Below, in pieces: positions 12,600 to 26,208 of a stretch of 52,023 bases of DNA. The translations under genes and the position numbers were made by a program. The notes beneath the pieces are model-generated. The model was given only the letters and a program-made list of their open reading frames with translations. It was not told the origin of the DNA and searched no databases. The DNA comes from Octopus sinensis (lineage: Eukaryota): assembly GCF_006345805.1 (NCBI RefSeq), contig NW_021833993.1:1-52023 (forward strand). Direction: 5' to 3'. How positions within the stretch are numbered: the stretch's first letter is position 1; every line of letters begins with the position of its first letter.

Positions 12600-13230
12600 G
12601 TGGAGGCGCAATGGCCCAGTGGTTAGAGCAGCGGACTAGCGGTTTCGATTCCCAGACCAGGCGTTGTGTGTGTTTATTGAGCGAAAACACCTAAAAGCTC
12701 CACGAAGCTCTGACAGGGGGTGGTGGTGACGACCCCCGTTGTACTCTTTCGCCCCAACTTTCTCTCACTCTTTCTTCCTGTTTCTTCCTGTCCCCGACTT
12801 CCTACGCAACCGCTGAGCTTGGATGCGCATTCATCCATCCGTCGATGCTCTCGGTGTCGGGGGGTTGAGCGGCTTTCTCTTCTGCGGGTCTTACGAATAG
12901 CAAAGGACCACGAAAACACCTAAAGCTCCACGAGGCTCCAACAGGGGGTGGTGACGACCCCCGTTGTACTCTTTCGCCCCAACTTTCTCTCACTCTTTCT
13001 TCCTGTTTCTTGTCCTCCCCGACTTCCTACGCAACCGTTGGGCCTGAATGCGCATTCATCCATCCGTCGATGCTCTCGGTGTCGGGGGGGGGGGGGGTTG
13101 AGCGGCTTTCTCTCTTCGGCGGGTCTTACGAATAGCAAAAGGACCACGTTTCAGACTTCTCCCATCTTGCGAGCTCTGGGACGAAGACCGCTTCGCTCAA
13201 CAGCAACAGCATAACAACAACAACAACAAC
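12600..13230 (+). mobile_element. tRNA-headed SINE family D with internal ~230-bp tandem duplication
   Basis: Head GGAGGCGCAATGGCCCAGTGGTTAG..TTCGATTCC. 12683-12911 is repeated at 12912-13149. (AAC)n tail and flanking direct repeat ..CGACG(G/A)CGATAACAAG. Confidence 0.82.
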
Positions 13231-13454
13231 AACGACGACGACGACGACGATAACAAGATGAGATATTAACATTAACGCAAACCCCAAATACCAGCTCTTA
13301 ATAACATCGCTTAACCAACAACAACAACCACAAGAACAACACAAATGAAAGAAGCAACAGAAACGATTTGATTTTATTTCACAATTTTTTATTTCAACTT
13401 TTTTTTTACCTTTTCTCCTTTATATTTATTTTTTATTGATATATTTTTATCCCA

Positions 13455-13768
13455 ATTATTATTATATTTATTATTATTAATATTATTAATATTATTATTA
13501 TTATTATTATTATCATCATTATTATCATTATCATTATTATCATTATTATTATTATTGTTATTATTATTATTATTATTATTATCCTTATCATTATTATCCT
13601 TATTATAATTTTTATTTATTATTATCATTATTATTATTATCCTTATTATCATTATTATTATTATTATCATTATTATTATCATTATCATTATTATCATTAT
13701 TATTATTATCATTATTATTATTATTATCTTTATCATTATTATCCTTATTATTTATTATTATTATCATT
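13455..13768. repeat. (ATT/ATC)n microsatellite
   Basis: Direct reading. Confidence 0.95.
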
Positions 13769-14261
13769 TTCCGATTGAACTCTCTACTTGATGGCTGCTG
13801 GTTCGACACTTGACAGCAATGTTTTCTATTGTCGCTATTTCCTCCTCTTCTGCTCCGACTCTTCCTCTTCGCATCCCCCCTCCCTTCACGTACCACCCTA
13901 CATTCTCCTCTTCTTCTTTCTCTTTTTATTCCTTCTATATCTTACCCTCTCTTTTTTCCCCTCTGCCTTCCATTGCTTTCTTTCTTTCTTTCTATCATAA
14001 TCTATCACGGTTCTCTCTACACAGAATTATCGAACAGCATATTCTTCGATTCTGTTCCAAAATTCCTAAATCATATACTTATGTTGGAGTTATTTCCCTT
14101 CTATGCAGCGCGCGCGTGTATGTTAAAATTTGACTGCTATCTCTAGCATGGTAGCATGTCTTAGATAACTCGATTATAATTTTGATAATTAATACCTGTA
14201 AGGTTTTTATTCCCATGCTGGCCACCTGATATGATCGGTATTTTAAATAACAATCTCTTTA

Positions 14262-14668
14262 CTCATTACTCTTATACTTGTTTCAGTCATTTGACTGTGG
14301 CCATGCTGGAGCACCGCCTTTAGTCGAGCAAATCGACCCCAGGACTTATTCTTTGCAAGCCCAGTACTTATTCTATCGGTCTCTTATGCTAAGTGACGGG
14401 TACGTAAACACACCAGCATCGGTTGTCAAGCGATGTTGGGGGGACAAACAGACACACAAACATAAACACATACACACATGTACATATATACATATATACA
14501 TGCATACGACAGGCTTCTTTCAGTTTCCGTCTACCAAATCTACTCACAAGGCTTTGGTCGGCCCGAGGCTATAGTAGAAGACACTTGCCCAAGGTGCCAC
14601 GCAGTGGGAATGAACCCGGAACTACGTGGTTCGTAAGCAAGCTACTTACCACACAGCCACTCCTATGC
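14262..14668 (-). mobile_element. SINE family A
   Basis: Colinear with 3590-3982. Confidence 0.85.
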
Positions 14669-14889
14669 CTTATTATTTCAAAATATAACCACATGTGAAT
14701 CGTTGGCGATTTTTTTTCCCCTCTGTCTTCCTTTTCTATTGGACTTTTTTGTCCCTATTTCCATTTCCAGCTTATGTCGAATTAATGACACTTTTAACAA
14801 ATCCTGATTTAAAACAACTGGACTTCAACACGAACAGTAAAGATTAAACTGTTTATGGTATGACTTAAATAAAATTATTAGAAATTTAC

Positions 14890-15393
14890 ACTTGGAATTC
14901 GCATCATCAGTTTGGAACCCCTATCTTGCTCAGAACATTGACCTCCTGGAATCTGTCCAGAGACGTGCAACCAAACGCATACCCTCCATCAGACACCTAC
15001 CATATTCTGAGCGCCTTGTTTCCCTGGGCATGGATTCACTGAAGCTCCGGCGTCTGGCGACGGACTTGGTAAACACCCACAAAGTTATCAACCACCTCAC
15101 CAACAACAACACTGAACACCTTTTTGATCTCCATGTGTCTAACACACATGGACATGCCTACAAAGTCAGAAAACAACACAGCTCCCATGACTTTCGGAAA
15201 CATTTTTCACGCTCAGAGTTGCTGAAGCATGGAATAAACTGCCTGCGTCAGTTGTTGACTGCCATGACACTGCATCCTTTAAGGCCCTCATGCTTTCCGA
15301 AATCCGCCGAAACTACACCTGATTATATATACACTTTAGATGAGTTGTAGTGCACCTGAGCACTGTACACAATTATTATTATTATTATTATTA
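14890..15393 (+). mobile_element. CR1-clade LINE 3' end (ORF2 C-terminus, frameshifted) with (TTA)n tail
   Basis: LEFASSVWNPY..IDLLESVQRRATKRIP..Y.ERL..L....L..RR...DL is the classic CR1 post-RT region. It has a 1-nt deletion relative to the copy near 4550. Confidence 0.9.
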
Positions 15394-15954
15394 CATTCTT
15401 GGGTTCATGGATAGTCTCCTGGCACCAATACATTGCCAAATGCCATAAAAAAGGGAACAGGAAAGGCGCACACATCAGACAACACTCTCACGCAGCTTTG
15501 ATGCAATTTTCGTGTTGACTGAATTGTAATAGTGCAAGGGAGGTAATCCCTCTCTTACACGTTTTCTCTTAGCATAATGCGTTTACGGGCGATTACTCTT
15601 TTACTTGTTTCAGTCATTTGACTGCGGCCATGCTGGAGCACCGCCTTTAGTCGAACAAATCGAAACCCCGGGACTTATTCTTTGCAAGCCCAGTACTTAT
15701 TCTATCGGTCTCTTTTGCCGAACCGCTAAGTTACGGGGACGTAACCACACCAACATCGGTTGCGTGCATATAAAGAATTTTCTTCAGTGCGGTTGGTTAT
15801 TGCTGCTCATTTCTTCTCTTAATGTACAGTTTGCATTTCAATGGCTTTGTTTACCTAACCTCTCTTCTCCATTTAACAGTAGGAAGCTCAGTTATAACAT
15901 TTACAGAAAATATATTTACACAAATACAATTTAGTTGTGCTGAGAAATATTATA

Positions 15955-16176
15955 TAATAATAAAAACATTGTGTACAGTGCCCAGGTGCACTACAACTCA
16001 TCTAAAGTGTATGTATAATCAGGTGTAGTTTCGGCAGATTTCAGAAAGCATGAGGGCCTTAAAGGATGCAGTGTCATGGGAGCTGTGTTGTTTTCTTCTG
16101 ACTTTGTAGGCATGTCCACGTGTGTTAGACACATGAAGATCAAAAAGGTGTTCAGTGTTGTTGTTGGTGAGGTTAT
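15955..16176 (-). mobile_element. CR1 LINE 3' fragment with internal deletion
   Basis: Reverse complement of about 15095-15375, lacking about 70 nt between two CCATGAC-like microhomologies. Confidence 0.85.
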
Positions 16177-16310
16177 TAATATCATCACCATAGCAGGAAA
16201 AAAAAACTATATTATTTCTTCAGAAAATGGTATTTTATTATATCATAATACAAAAATTGAAAAAAAAATTGTATTTTATAAAAATACAGTTTAAGAGAAA
16301 AATGTGACTT

Positions 16311-16640
16311 TATTATATTAGAAATATACACATTAAAGAATATTATATTAGGAATATACATATTAAAGAATATTGTATTAGGAATATACATATTAAAGAA
16401 TATTATATTAGGAATATACATATTAAAGAATATTATATTAGGAATATACATATTAAAGAATATTGTATTAGGAATATACATATTAAAGAATATTATATTA
16501 GGAATATACATATTAAAGAATATTATATTAGGAATATACATATTAAAGAATATTATATTAGGAATATACATATTAAAGAATATTATATTAGGAATATACA
16601 TATTAAAGAATATTATATTAGGAATATACATATTAAAGAA
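16311..16640. repeat. 30-bp minisatellite x~11
   Basis: TATTATATTAGGAATATACATATTAAAGAA. Confidence 0.95.
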
Positions 16641-18224
16641 AATAATTTATTTTTGTTCTGTTTAAAAGCATTAAGTTAATATTTGAAAATTTTAGAACTT
16701 TCTAGAAGTTTTTAGAAAATTTTAGAAACATTCTGTTGTGTCTGGGGAGGGTCATTTTCTTTTAGTGCCTTATTATTTGACACACTCACTGGTAAAATTT
16801 CCACTCATTTCTTATTTTTTATTTTCCTAAAATTTTCGTTGCGTCTTGCAAACCTTTTCAATAGTCTTGACGCTGTCCGTTATTTACACTGCGTTCCCTT
16901 TTGTTTGTTTGTGAGTATGTGTGTGGGTCAGTGTGTGTATGTGTGCCTATACATGCATACATGTACGTATGTACGTGTGTGTGTGTGTTTGCATGTGTAT
17001 GTATGTATATATGTGTGTGTGTGCATCTGTAGGTACGTATCCTGCACATTTATGTGCTTGCCTGTCCGTGTTTGTGTTGTTTCTATGTATATGTGTGTGA
17101 GAGCATGTGTTTGTATATGTATGCACCTCTGTCTCCTTGTGTTTGCATGTGTGTGTGTGTGTGTGTTATGCAACTATGTACCTTGTTTGTATGTATGGAT
17201 GTGCATCTTTATATGTGTGGATCCATACGTGTCTGTTCATATAGTCTATAGACCTATCCGTCTGTATAAAAGAATTAAAGAATCTTGAAATCCAAATCCA
17301 AAGACGAAATTTAGAAACATTATTTACGTGAAAATTCTTTAACTCTTTTAATATCAGTACACACATGACCATCCTCTGGCTATATGATGCAAACATCCTA
17401 TTTCAAAGTTATCTATATTAAAACCCTAAAAAAAAATTCCATGTTAATTTATGTTCAAAACACCAACTAAAATTTATTTTATTGAAATCTTTATTATTTC
17501 TTAAATTAATCGAATTGATGTGTAATTCAACAAAAATTTACTAACAAATGGTTTAATACCTGCCTGTCTGAGACCACCCTGATTCTTTGATATAAAATAT
17601 CTTTAACCCTTTTATTACCTATTTCTTTATTACCCACAAGGGGCTAAACATAGAGGAGACAAACATGGACAGACATAGGTATTAAGTCGATTATATCGAC
17701 CCCAGTGCTTAACTTTATTTATCGACCCCGAAAGGATGAAAGACAAAGTCGACCTCGGCGGAATTTGAACTCACAACGTAACGGCAGCCGAAATACCGCT
17801 AAGCATTTTGCCCGACGTGCTAACGATTCTGCTAGGTCGCGGCCTTTTATTACCATCTGGGACTCCCTTCGATCACGACATTGACCATGGGATTGTACCT
17901 AGAAAATTACCCTCTGAGGTACAAGTCCTGGCAAGGTTGTTCATGGAAGACCAGCAGTCGCCCATGCATACTGGCCTCCATTCGCAACGCCACTGATGTA
18001 TTTCGAAGGGAAAGGCAAAGGGGCCGATACAGCTTGGCACCTGTGACGTCACAACTCATTTTTACAGCTGAGTGAACTGGAGCAATGTGAAATAAAGTGT
18101 CTTGCTCAAGAACACAACATGCAGCCCGGTCTGGGATTCGAGCTCACAACCTCACGATCGTAAGCTCGATACTCTAACCACTGAGCCATACAAGGATCAT
18201 ATAAAATTTAATTTAATAAATAAA

Positions 18225-19030
18225 ATAGATGAACATCAATGGAATTTGTATCTTGTGGTACCAGTGCCTGTGGCACACAAGAAATCCATCAGTGCCGTAG
18301 TCAGTGCGGTGGGCACATGACAAACACCATCCGATCGTGGCCGTTCGCCAGCCTCATCTAGCACCTGTGTCGGTGGCACATAAAAACACCATCCGAAGAC
18401 CCGGCAAGACTAGTCAGGCCATAACCCATGGCCCCTACCTGGACGTAGTCAGTCCACCTGTGCATACCTTCCTTCTTGTGACACTTGTGAAGACCTGTTG
18501 AGGCAAGTGAAAATCAAATCAAATCAAAACAAATCAAAATAGATGAACATCAATGGAATTTGTATCTTTGTGGTACCAGTGCCGGTGGCACGTGGCACAT
18601 AAGAAAACCATCCGAACGTGGCCGTAGCCAGTACCGCATCGACTGGCCTCCGTGCTGTGGGCACGTAACAAGCACCATCCGATCGTGGCCGTTTGCCAGC
18701 CTCATCTGGCACCTGTGTCGGTGGCACATAAAAACACCATCCGAGCGTGGCCGTCTGCCAGCCCCGTCTGGCACCTGTGTCGGTGGCACATAAAAACACC
18801 ATCCGAGCGTGGCCGTCTGCCAGCCTCGTCTGGCACCTGTGTCGGTGGCACATAAAATCACCCACTACACTCTCGGAGTCGTTGGCGTTAGGAAGGGCAT
18901 CCAGCTGTAGAAACACTGCCAGATCTGACTGGACTGGTGCAGCTTTCGGGCTCCCCAGACCCCAGTTGAACCGTCCAACCCATGCTAGCATGGAAAGCGG
19001 ACGTTAAATGATGATGATGATGATGATGAT
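18225..19030 (+). mobile_element. SINE-like family C with internal ~60-bp tandem units and (GAT)n tail
   Basis: GTTGGCGTTAGGAAGGGCATCCAGCTGTAGAAAC...CCATGCTAGCATGGAAAGCGGACGTTAAA(TGA)n. Copies near 24661-25551(-), 26945-27430(-), 38660-39020(-) and 43045-43240(-). Confidence 0.8.
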
Positions 19031-19301
19031 TCTCAGACGAATTCATATTTCAACAAAATGACATCAAGAGTTATTCCCCCTGCTTATAGTTTATGGAAAT
19101 GTAATAAAGGGGTAAAAAAAAAAAGAGATTTTGATTCACCCGTCCACCAGTTTTGAAAATAATCAAACCAAAATAATAAGTTCCAGCTACTTGCCTACTG
19201 AGTATTCCTGCCAAATTTGGTGAAAATCCGTTTCGCCGTTTTCCAGTAATTTTGCAGTCAAACAAAAGACAATCGACTACGATTCCCTTCTAGCATAAGT
19301 G

Positions 19302-19708
19302 GGATCTTTTCGGTTTGACCGGCAGTTTTTTCTAGCGGTGTCATATGAAATTATCACCAATAATTATGACCCTAGTATCGATCTATTGCATTTCAATCTC
19401 TTTTAGGGTTACGGGTGGGGGGAAGGGTATCTTTTTTTCTTCACAAATGTAAATAAACCCAATCTGTTTCTTAAACAAGGGACATATTCATACGGCGCAG
19501 AATGTTTTTTACCTCAATAGACGTCACTGATTGGTTGAAATTGCAGAAATTGAAGAAAAAAAACAACAAATATCTTACAAACCATAGAATTTTCTCAAGC
19601 CAAGAGAAAAAGATGTTTTATAAACACATTCTACCAGTATACGAAGTTAAATATTTTTTAGTTACCGAGAAATTATGTTAAAAACTGCCGTTCAAACCGA
19701 AAAGATCC
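19302..19708. mobile_element. Same TIR element, opposite orientation
   Basis: Reverse complement of 8016-8449, both TIRs present. Confidence 0.8.
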
Positions 19709-20079
19709 AAAATAACTAATTGTATGAAAAAAAATTGTATTTTATAAAATACAGTTTAAGAGAAAAATGTGACTTTATTATATTAGAAATATACATTTTT
19801 AGCTGGTGTTTGAAGCGTAAATTGATTTTAAATTTTGGCACAAGACCAGTAATTTCGGTGGGTGGCTTGAAGTCAATTATATCAACCCCAATGTGCATCT
19901 GGTACTTATTTTATCAACCCCTGAAAGGATTAAAGGCAAAGTCGGCTTTGATGGAAACTAAACATAGAAATATTCTGACACGCTGGCAGAATCGTTAGCA
20001 CACAGGGCAAAAGGCTTAACAGTATTTCGTCCGTCTTTACATTCTGAGTTCAAATCTCGCTAAGGTCAGCTTTCCTTTA

Positions 20080-20508
20080 TAGGTGTAGGAGTGGTTGTGT
20101 GGTAAGTAGCTTACTTATCAACCACATGGTTCCGGGTTCAGTCCCATTGCATGGCACCTTGGGTAAGTGTCTTCTACTATAGCCTCGGGCCAGCCAAAGC
20201 CTTGTGAGTGGATTTGTTAGACGGAAACTGAAAGAAGCCTGTCGTATGTATGTATATATATATGTATATATATATATATATATGTATGTGTGTATATAAG
20301 TTTGTGAGTCTGTGTTTGTGTCCCCCCCCCACAACATCACTTGGCCGATGCTGGTGTGTTTATGTCCCCGTAACTTAGCGATTCGGCAAATGAGACCGAT
20401 AGAATAAGTACTAGGCTTCCAAAGAATAAGTCCTGAGGTCGATTTGCTTGACTAAAGGTGGTGCTCCAGCATGGTCACAGTCAAATGACTGAAACAAGTA
20501 AAAGAGTA
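20080..20508 (+). mobile_element. tRNA-headed SINE family A, full-length representative
   Basis: A/B-box head (GTGTGGTAAG...GGTTCAGTCC), CORE-like CACCTTGGGCAAGTG, internal (TA/TG)n and an AGTAAAAG tail. Further copies near 1910-2290(+), 27570-27725(-), 27745-28100(+), 28180-28342(-), 42250-42683(+), 43358-43820(-), 45625-45925(+) and 51770-51885(+). Confidence 0.85.
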
Positions 20509-21852
20509 ACCCAAAATACTTATATTTCCTAAAATGTAATTTTGAAGAAATTGGTGATGTGCTTCAGTTAAGAAAGAAAGGAAGTTTGTTTATATTTGAA
20601 GATAATCTTTATCTCCAACTTAACATGGCTGTTGTGGTAGAACACACAATACTGCATTATTTATCTCGAGAGGACCTATCATATGGACTTGTAGCGAGCT
20701 GGCAGAAACGTTAGCACACCAGGCGAAATGCGTAGCCGTATTTCGTCTGCTGTTACGTTCTGAGTTCAAATTCTGCCGAGGTTGACTTCGCCTTTCATCC
20801 TTTCGGGGTCGATAAATTAAGTACCAGTTATGCACTGGGGTCAATGTAATCAACTTAATCCGTTTGTCTCCTCTGTGTTTAGCCCCTTGTGGGTAGTAAA
20901 AAAATAGGTACATAAAAACCACTCATATTTATATTCGTTAACAGAGAAAAACCATCTGCTTTCCAACAGTAAGGAGCAGTTTTTCCGGTTTCCATGGCAT
21001 TTATATTCCCTACCTCGACAGGACGTTGGTCTGTCACATGATTATTCCTTTTTGCCATTTGGGTGGACTGGAGCAAGGTGAAGTGAAGTGTTTTGCTCAA
21101 GAACACAATGCGTTGGCTGGTCCTGGGATTAGAACCACAATTTTACAATCATGAGTCCAACTCCCTGACCACTAAGCCACAAGCCTCCACGCTTTCCAGC
21201 GGTCATCGCAGAAAATTCTTATCTGTCAATGATATAAACATAAGTGGTTTTATGCACTGCAAGTCTGTATGAGAGGTAAATAATTATTTCTTTATTGCCC
21301 ACAAGGGGCTAAACATAGAGGGAACAGACAAGGACAAATAAAGAGATTAAGTTGATTACATCAAACCCAGTGCATAACTGGTACTTATTTAATCAACCCC
21401 GAAAGGACGAAAGGCAAAGTCGACCTCGGTGGAATTTGAACTCAGAACGTAATGGCAGACAAAATACGTATTTCTTTATTACCCATAAGGGGCTACACAC
21501 AGAGGGGACAAACAAGGACAGACAAACGGATTAAGTCGATTATATCGACCTCAGTGCATAACTGGTACTTATTTAATCAACCGTGAAAGGACAAAAGGCA
21601 AAGTCGACCTCGGTTTCACCCAGCATGCTAATGATTCTGCCAGCTTGCTGCCCTCCCCTCCAGGTAAATAATGCAGTATTGGTTGTTCTAACACAACCTT
21701 TATGCTACGTCATAGATAAAGACTACCTTGTGGCCTTTGTATTGCCTTTGTTGTTATCAATTATTGTTTATATTTGTTTGTATTTGTTTATATTGCATAT
21801 GAGACTTCATATTTTGGGTTCAAGCTCATGTGCAGCTCCTCTGTTTCAAACT

Positions 21853-21936
21853 TTATAAGCTTTTACGTGGTTCGAACTTGAGCCAAACTCCATTTTTGGC
21901 TGACAGCACGTCGGTAGAAGCATACTCGATTGGATC
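21853..21936 (-). CDS. CYP3A-like: CYP last coding exon: [27 protein letters not shown]
   Basis: ttgcag acceptor, 84 nt to TAA. Typical clan-3 C-terminus (K.GV.LK...R). Confidence 0.92.
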   Translation of the reverse strand, partial: DPIEYASTDVLSAKNGVWLKFEPRKSL

Positions 21937-24900
21937 CTGCAAAAGGAAAATAAATTACCTTCAACATCATCATCATCATAGTCGATTTTTAAGATCTGTT
22001 TTCCATGCTACCATGGGTTTCATGGTTTTGACAGATACTGGCAAGTTAGAAGGAACAACAGCAGGAACAACAGTGGAGGCGCAATGGCCTAGTGGTAAGG
22101 GCAGCGGACTCGCAGTCGGAGGATCGCAGTTTTGATTCTCAGTCCGGGCATTGTGTGTGTTTATTAAATGAAAACACCTAAAAGCTCCACGAGGCTCAGG
22201 CAGGGGGTGGTGGCGACCCCTATTGTACTCTTTCACCCTACTCTTTCGCCCCAGCTCTTTCTTCCTGTTTCTTCCTGTCCCCGACTTCCTATGCAACCGC
22301 TGAACCTGGATGTGCATTCATCCATCCGTAAATGCTCTTGGTATCGGGGGTTAACCTGCTTTCTCTTCTGCGGGTCTTCTGCAAAGGACCACGATTCAGA
22401 CTTCTCCCATCTTGCGAGTTCTGGGACGAAGACCGCTTCGCTCAACAGCAACAGCAGGAACAACAACAACATCAACAACACTACCACCACCACCGACAAC
22501 AACATCAACAACACTACCACCACCACCACCAACAACAACATCTACAACACTACCACCACCAGCAACAACAGGAACAACAACATCAACAACACCACCACTA
22601 CCACCACCACCAACAACAACAACAACAACAACACTACCACCACCACCATCACCAACAACAACAACAACAACATCTACACCACCACCACCACCAACAACAA
22701 CAACATCTACACCACCACCACCACCAGCAACAACAACAACAATTGCTTACTTCAGTTTTCTCCGTTGTGACCAGTCGGTATTTCCTCATCATTTGAACAA
22801 CAGCCACTTTGAACTGCAGCTTGGCCAGTCTCATACCAATGCATATCCTGGGTCCACCTCCAAAAGGGGTATAAGTAAACGGGGTCTGCCGTGCTTTGCC
22901 TTCTTCACTGAATCTAAAATTTAAAACAATCCGAAAACACAGTATAGGACAATGTTAGTAAGAAATATGCTGTTAGCAATGTAGGAGTTTAAATGCTTTT
23001 AAATGCAACGAGTTTGTTTGAATTAATTAAGATATTTAATTAATTGCTGCTACTTTACTGCTTCTTTAACATGCAGCAGGTGACCCTGGGTATTCATTTA
23101 TTTTATTTTTTTTCCTCTATATTTTTTCTCTATATAAAAGCAGTGCTCCAGCATGGCCGCAGTCAAATGACGGAAACAGGTAAAAGAGTAAATGAGTATT
23201 TATTTACTGTTGCAATGACTGCGAAAATGATGACGATGATGATGATGACGATGATGATGATGACGACAATGATAGTAGTGGTGATGCTGCTGCTGATGAT
23301 GATGATTATGATGATGATGATTGATATCACTAGAAGCACCAATAACAACAACAACAACACAACACTAACAACTAAGGTGCAGGGGTGGCTGTGTGGCAAG
23401 TACCTTGCTTACCAACCACATGGTACTATCCACAAGGGGCTAAACACAGAGCGGACAAACAAGGACAGACAAACGGATTAAGTAGATTATATCGACCCCA
23501 GTGCGTAACTGGTACTTAATTTATCGACCCCGAAAGGATGAAAGGCAAAGTTGACCTCAGCAGAATTTGGACTCAGAACATAGCGCCAGACGAAATATCC
23601 ATTTCTTTACTACCCACAAGGGGCTAAACACAGAGGGGACAAACAAGGACAGACAAACGGATTAAGTAGATCATATCGACCCCAGTGTGTAACTGGTACT
23701 TATTTAATCGACCCCGAAAGGACGAAAGGCAAAGTCGACCTTGGCGGAATTGAACTCAGAACGTAGCGGCAGACGAAATACCACTAAGCATTTCGCCCGG
23801 CGTGCTAACGATTCTGCCAGCTCGCCGTCGTAACCAATGAAGACCCAGTGTTACATTTGACAGAGCTGTCTAATTGCGAAAGGATTAATTAGCGAAAATA
23901 ACGAGCTTGTAGTGTAATTAAGTCATTACCTTTCGGGATCAAACTTGGTAGGATCGGTCCAGTATCTTTCGTCGTAATGTAAGCTACGGATCGGCATGAC
24001 GACGGTCATTTTTGCGGGAATTTTCACACCTTTGATGACGCAGTCCTTCTTGCATTCTCGCTGAAGACTATGAGAGAAGAAGAACAACAGCAAGAACATT
24101 TAGGTATGTGGAATTGAATCAAAAGAGGGATGAAGCAGGGATGAAGGGGTGTATGAGAAAGAGGGATGGGGAAAGAGAAAGACGGGGCGGAGAGAGAAAG
24201 ATGAGAGTGCAAAAGAGAGAGGAGGAAGAGGGGGAGGAGGGGTGGAGGAGGAGGAATTTTGTCACGAAGGCAGCAATTTTGGGGGAAAGGATGAGTCGAT
24301 TACATCAACCCCAGGTTCCAACTGGTACTTAATTTATCGACCCCCAAAAGAATGAAAGGCAAAGTCGACCTTGGCGGAATTTGAACTCAGAACGTAAAGA
24401 TGGACAAAATGCTGCTAATTAATTTATCAACGCCAAAAGGATGGATGAAAGGCAAAGTCGACCTTGGCGGAATTTGAACTCAGAACGTAATAATGGACAA
24501 AATGCTGCTAATTAATTTATCAACGCCAAAAGGATGGATGAAAGGCAAAGTCAACCTTGGCGGAATTTGAACTCAGAATGTAAAGCCCTGCATGCTAACG
24601 ATTCTGCCAGCTCGGCACCATAAAAATAAAAATAATAATAATAATAATAATAATAATAATCATCATCATTTAGCGTCCGTTCTCCATGCTAGCATGGGTT
24701 GGACGGTTCAACTGGGGTCTGTGAAGCTGGAAGGCTTCATCAGGCCCAGTCAGATCTGGCAGTGTTTCTATGGCTGGATGCCCTTCCTAACGCCAACCAC
24801 TCCGTGAGTGTAGTGGGTGCTTTTTACGTGCCACCCGCACAGGTGCCAGTCAGAGCTGGCAAACGGCCACGAACGAATGGTGCTTTTACGTGTCACTGGC

Positions 24901-25551
24901 ACGGGGGCCAGGCGAGGCTGGCAACGGACACGAACGGATGGTGCTTTTACGTGCCACCAACACGGGGGCCAGACAGAGCTGGCAAACGGCCACGAAACGG
25001 ATGGTGCTTTTACGTATCACCGGCACGGGGGCCAGGCGAGGCTGGCAACGGACACGAACGGATGGTGCTTTTACGTGCCACCAACACGGGGGGCAGACAG
25101 AGCTGGCAAACGGCCACGAAACGGATGGTGCTTTTACGTGTCACCGGCACGGGGGCAGGCGAGGCTGGCAACGGACACGAACGGATGGTGCTTTTACGTG
25201 CCACCAACACGGGGGCCAGACAGAGCTGGCAAACGGCCACGAAACGGATGGTGCTTTTACGTGTCACCAGCACGGGGGCCAGGCGAGGCTGGCAACGGAC
25301 ACGAACGGATGGTGCTTTTACGTGCCACCAACACGGGGGCCAGACAGAGCTGGCAAACGGCCACGAAACGGATGGTGCTTTTACGTGTCACCGGCACGGG
25401 GGCCAGGCGAGGCTGGCAACGGCCACGAACAGATGGTGCTTTTACGTGTCACTGGCACGGGGGCCAGACAGAGCTGGCAAACGGCCACGAACGGATGGTG
25501 CTTTTACGTGCCACCGACACGGGGGCCAGACAGGGCTGGCAAACGGCCACG

Positions 25552-25600
<49 letters not shown>

Positions 25601-26169
25601 TAATAATAATGATGATGATGATTATGATGATGATAATAATGATAATAATAATAATAATTTTCGATAATGCCTTTGGGTTAATGAAAATGATAATACAAAG
25701 ATCCTATGGGATTTTATGATTCAGTGTGACCATGAGATAGAGAATAGGAAACTAGACAGTCTTCATTGAGATAGAAAGCAAACGATGCTGGATCAAAGAT
25801 ATAGTATGCCCAGCTGACAACAAGGTATGCAATAAGAAAGAAAGAAAAGTCGATAGATATAACAGGTTAGCTTAGGAGTTTACGCAGTTGTGGCTGATGA
25901 AAAAGCTGATATAGTTGTATCAATAGTTGTCAAAGCTCCTGGGAACAGTGAGCAAAAACCTTGAGAAGTACATGGAACAAATAGGGGCTGCAATAAGGGT
26001 GGAGCACTTGCAGAAAACAGCACTGCTTGGAACCGCTCGAATACACAGGATGGGGCTCGAAAAATAAGGAGTGTTACTTTAGTTCGCTGGTAGTGAACAG
26101 CTCACACCATAGTACATCTCCAGTGATAGAAGTTGTGCAAAGACAATTATTAATAATAATAATAATAAC

Positions 26170-26208
<39 letters not shown>

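Noticed and set aside
20080-20160. Functional tRNA genes at SINE heads (also 12602, 22075, 33361)
   Set aside because: A/B boxes are present but there is no full cloverleaf or T-run terminator, and they continue into SINE bodies.
24699-25719. CRISPR-like array or 300-aa repeat protein
   Set aside because: The 'spacers' are two alternating variants rather than unique sequences. There are no cas genes and the context is a eukaryotic intron. It is a minisatellite.
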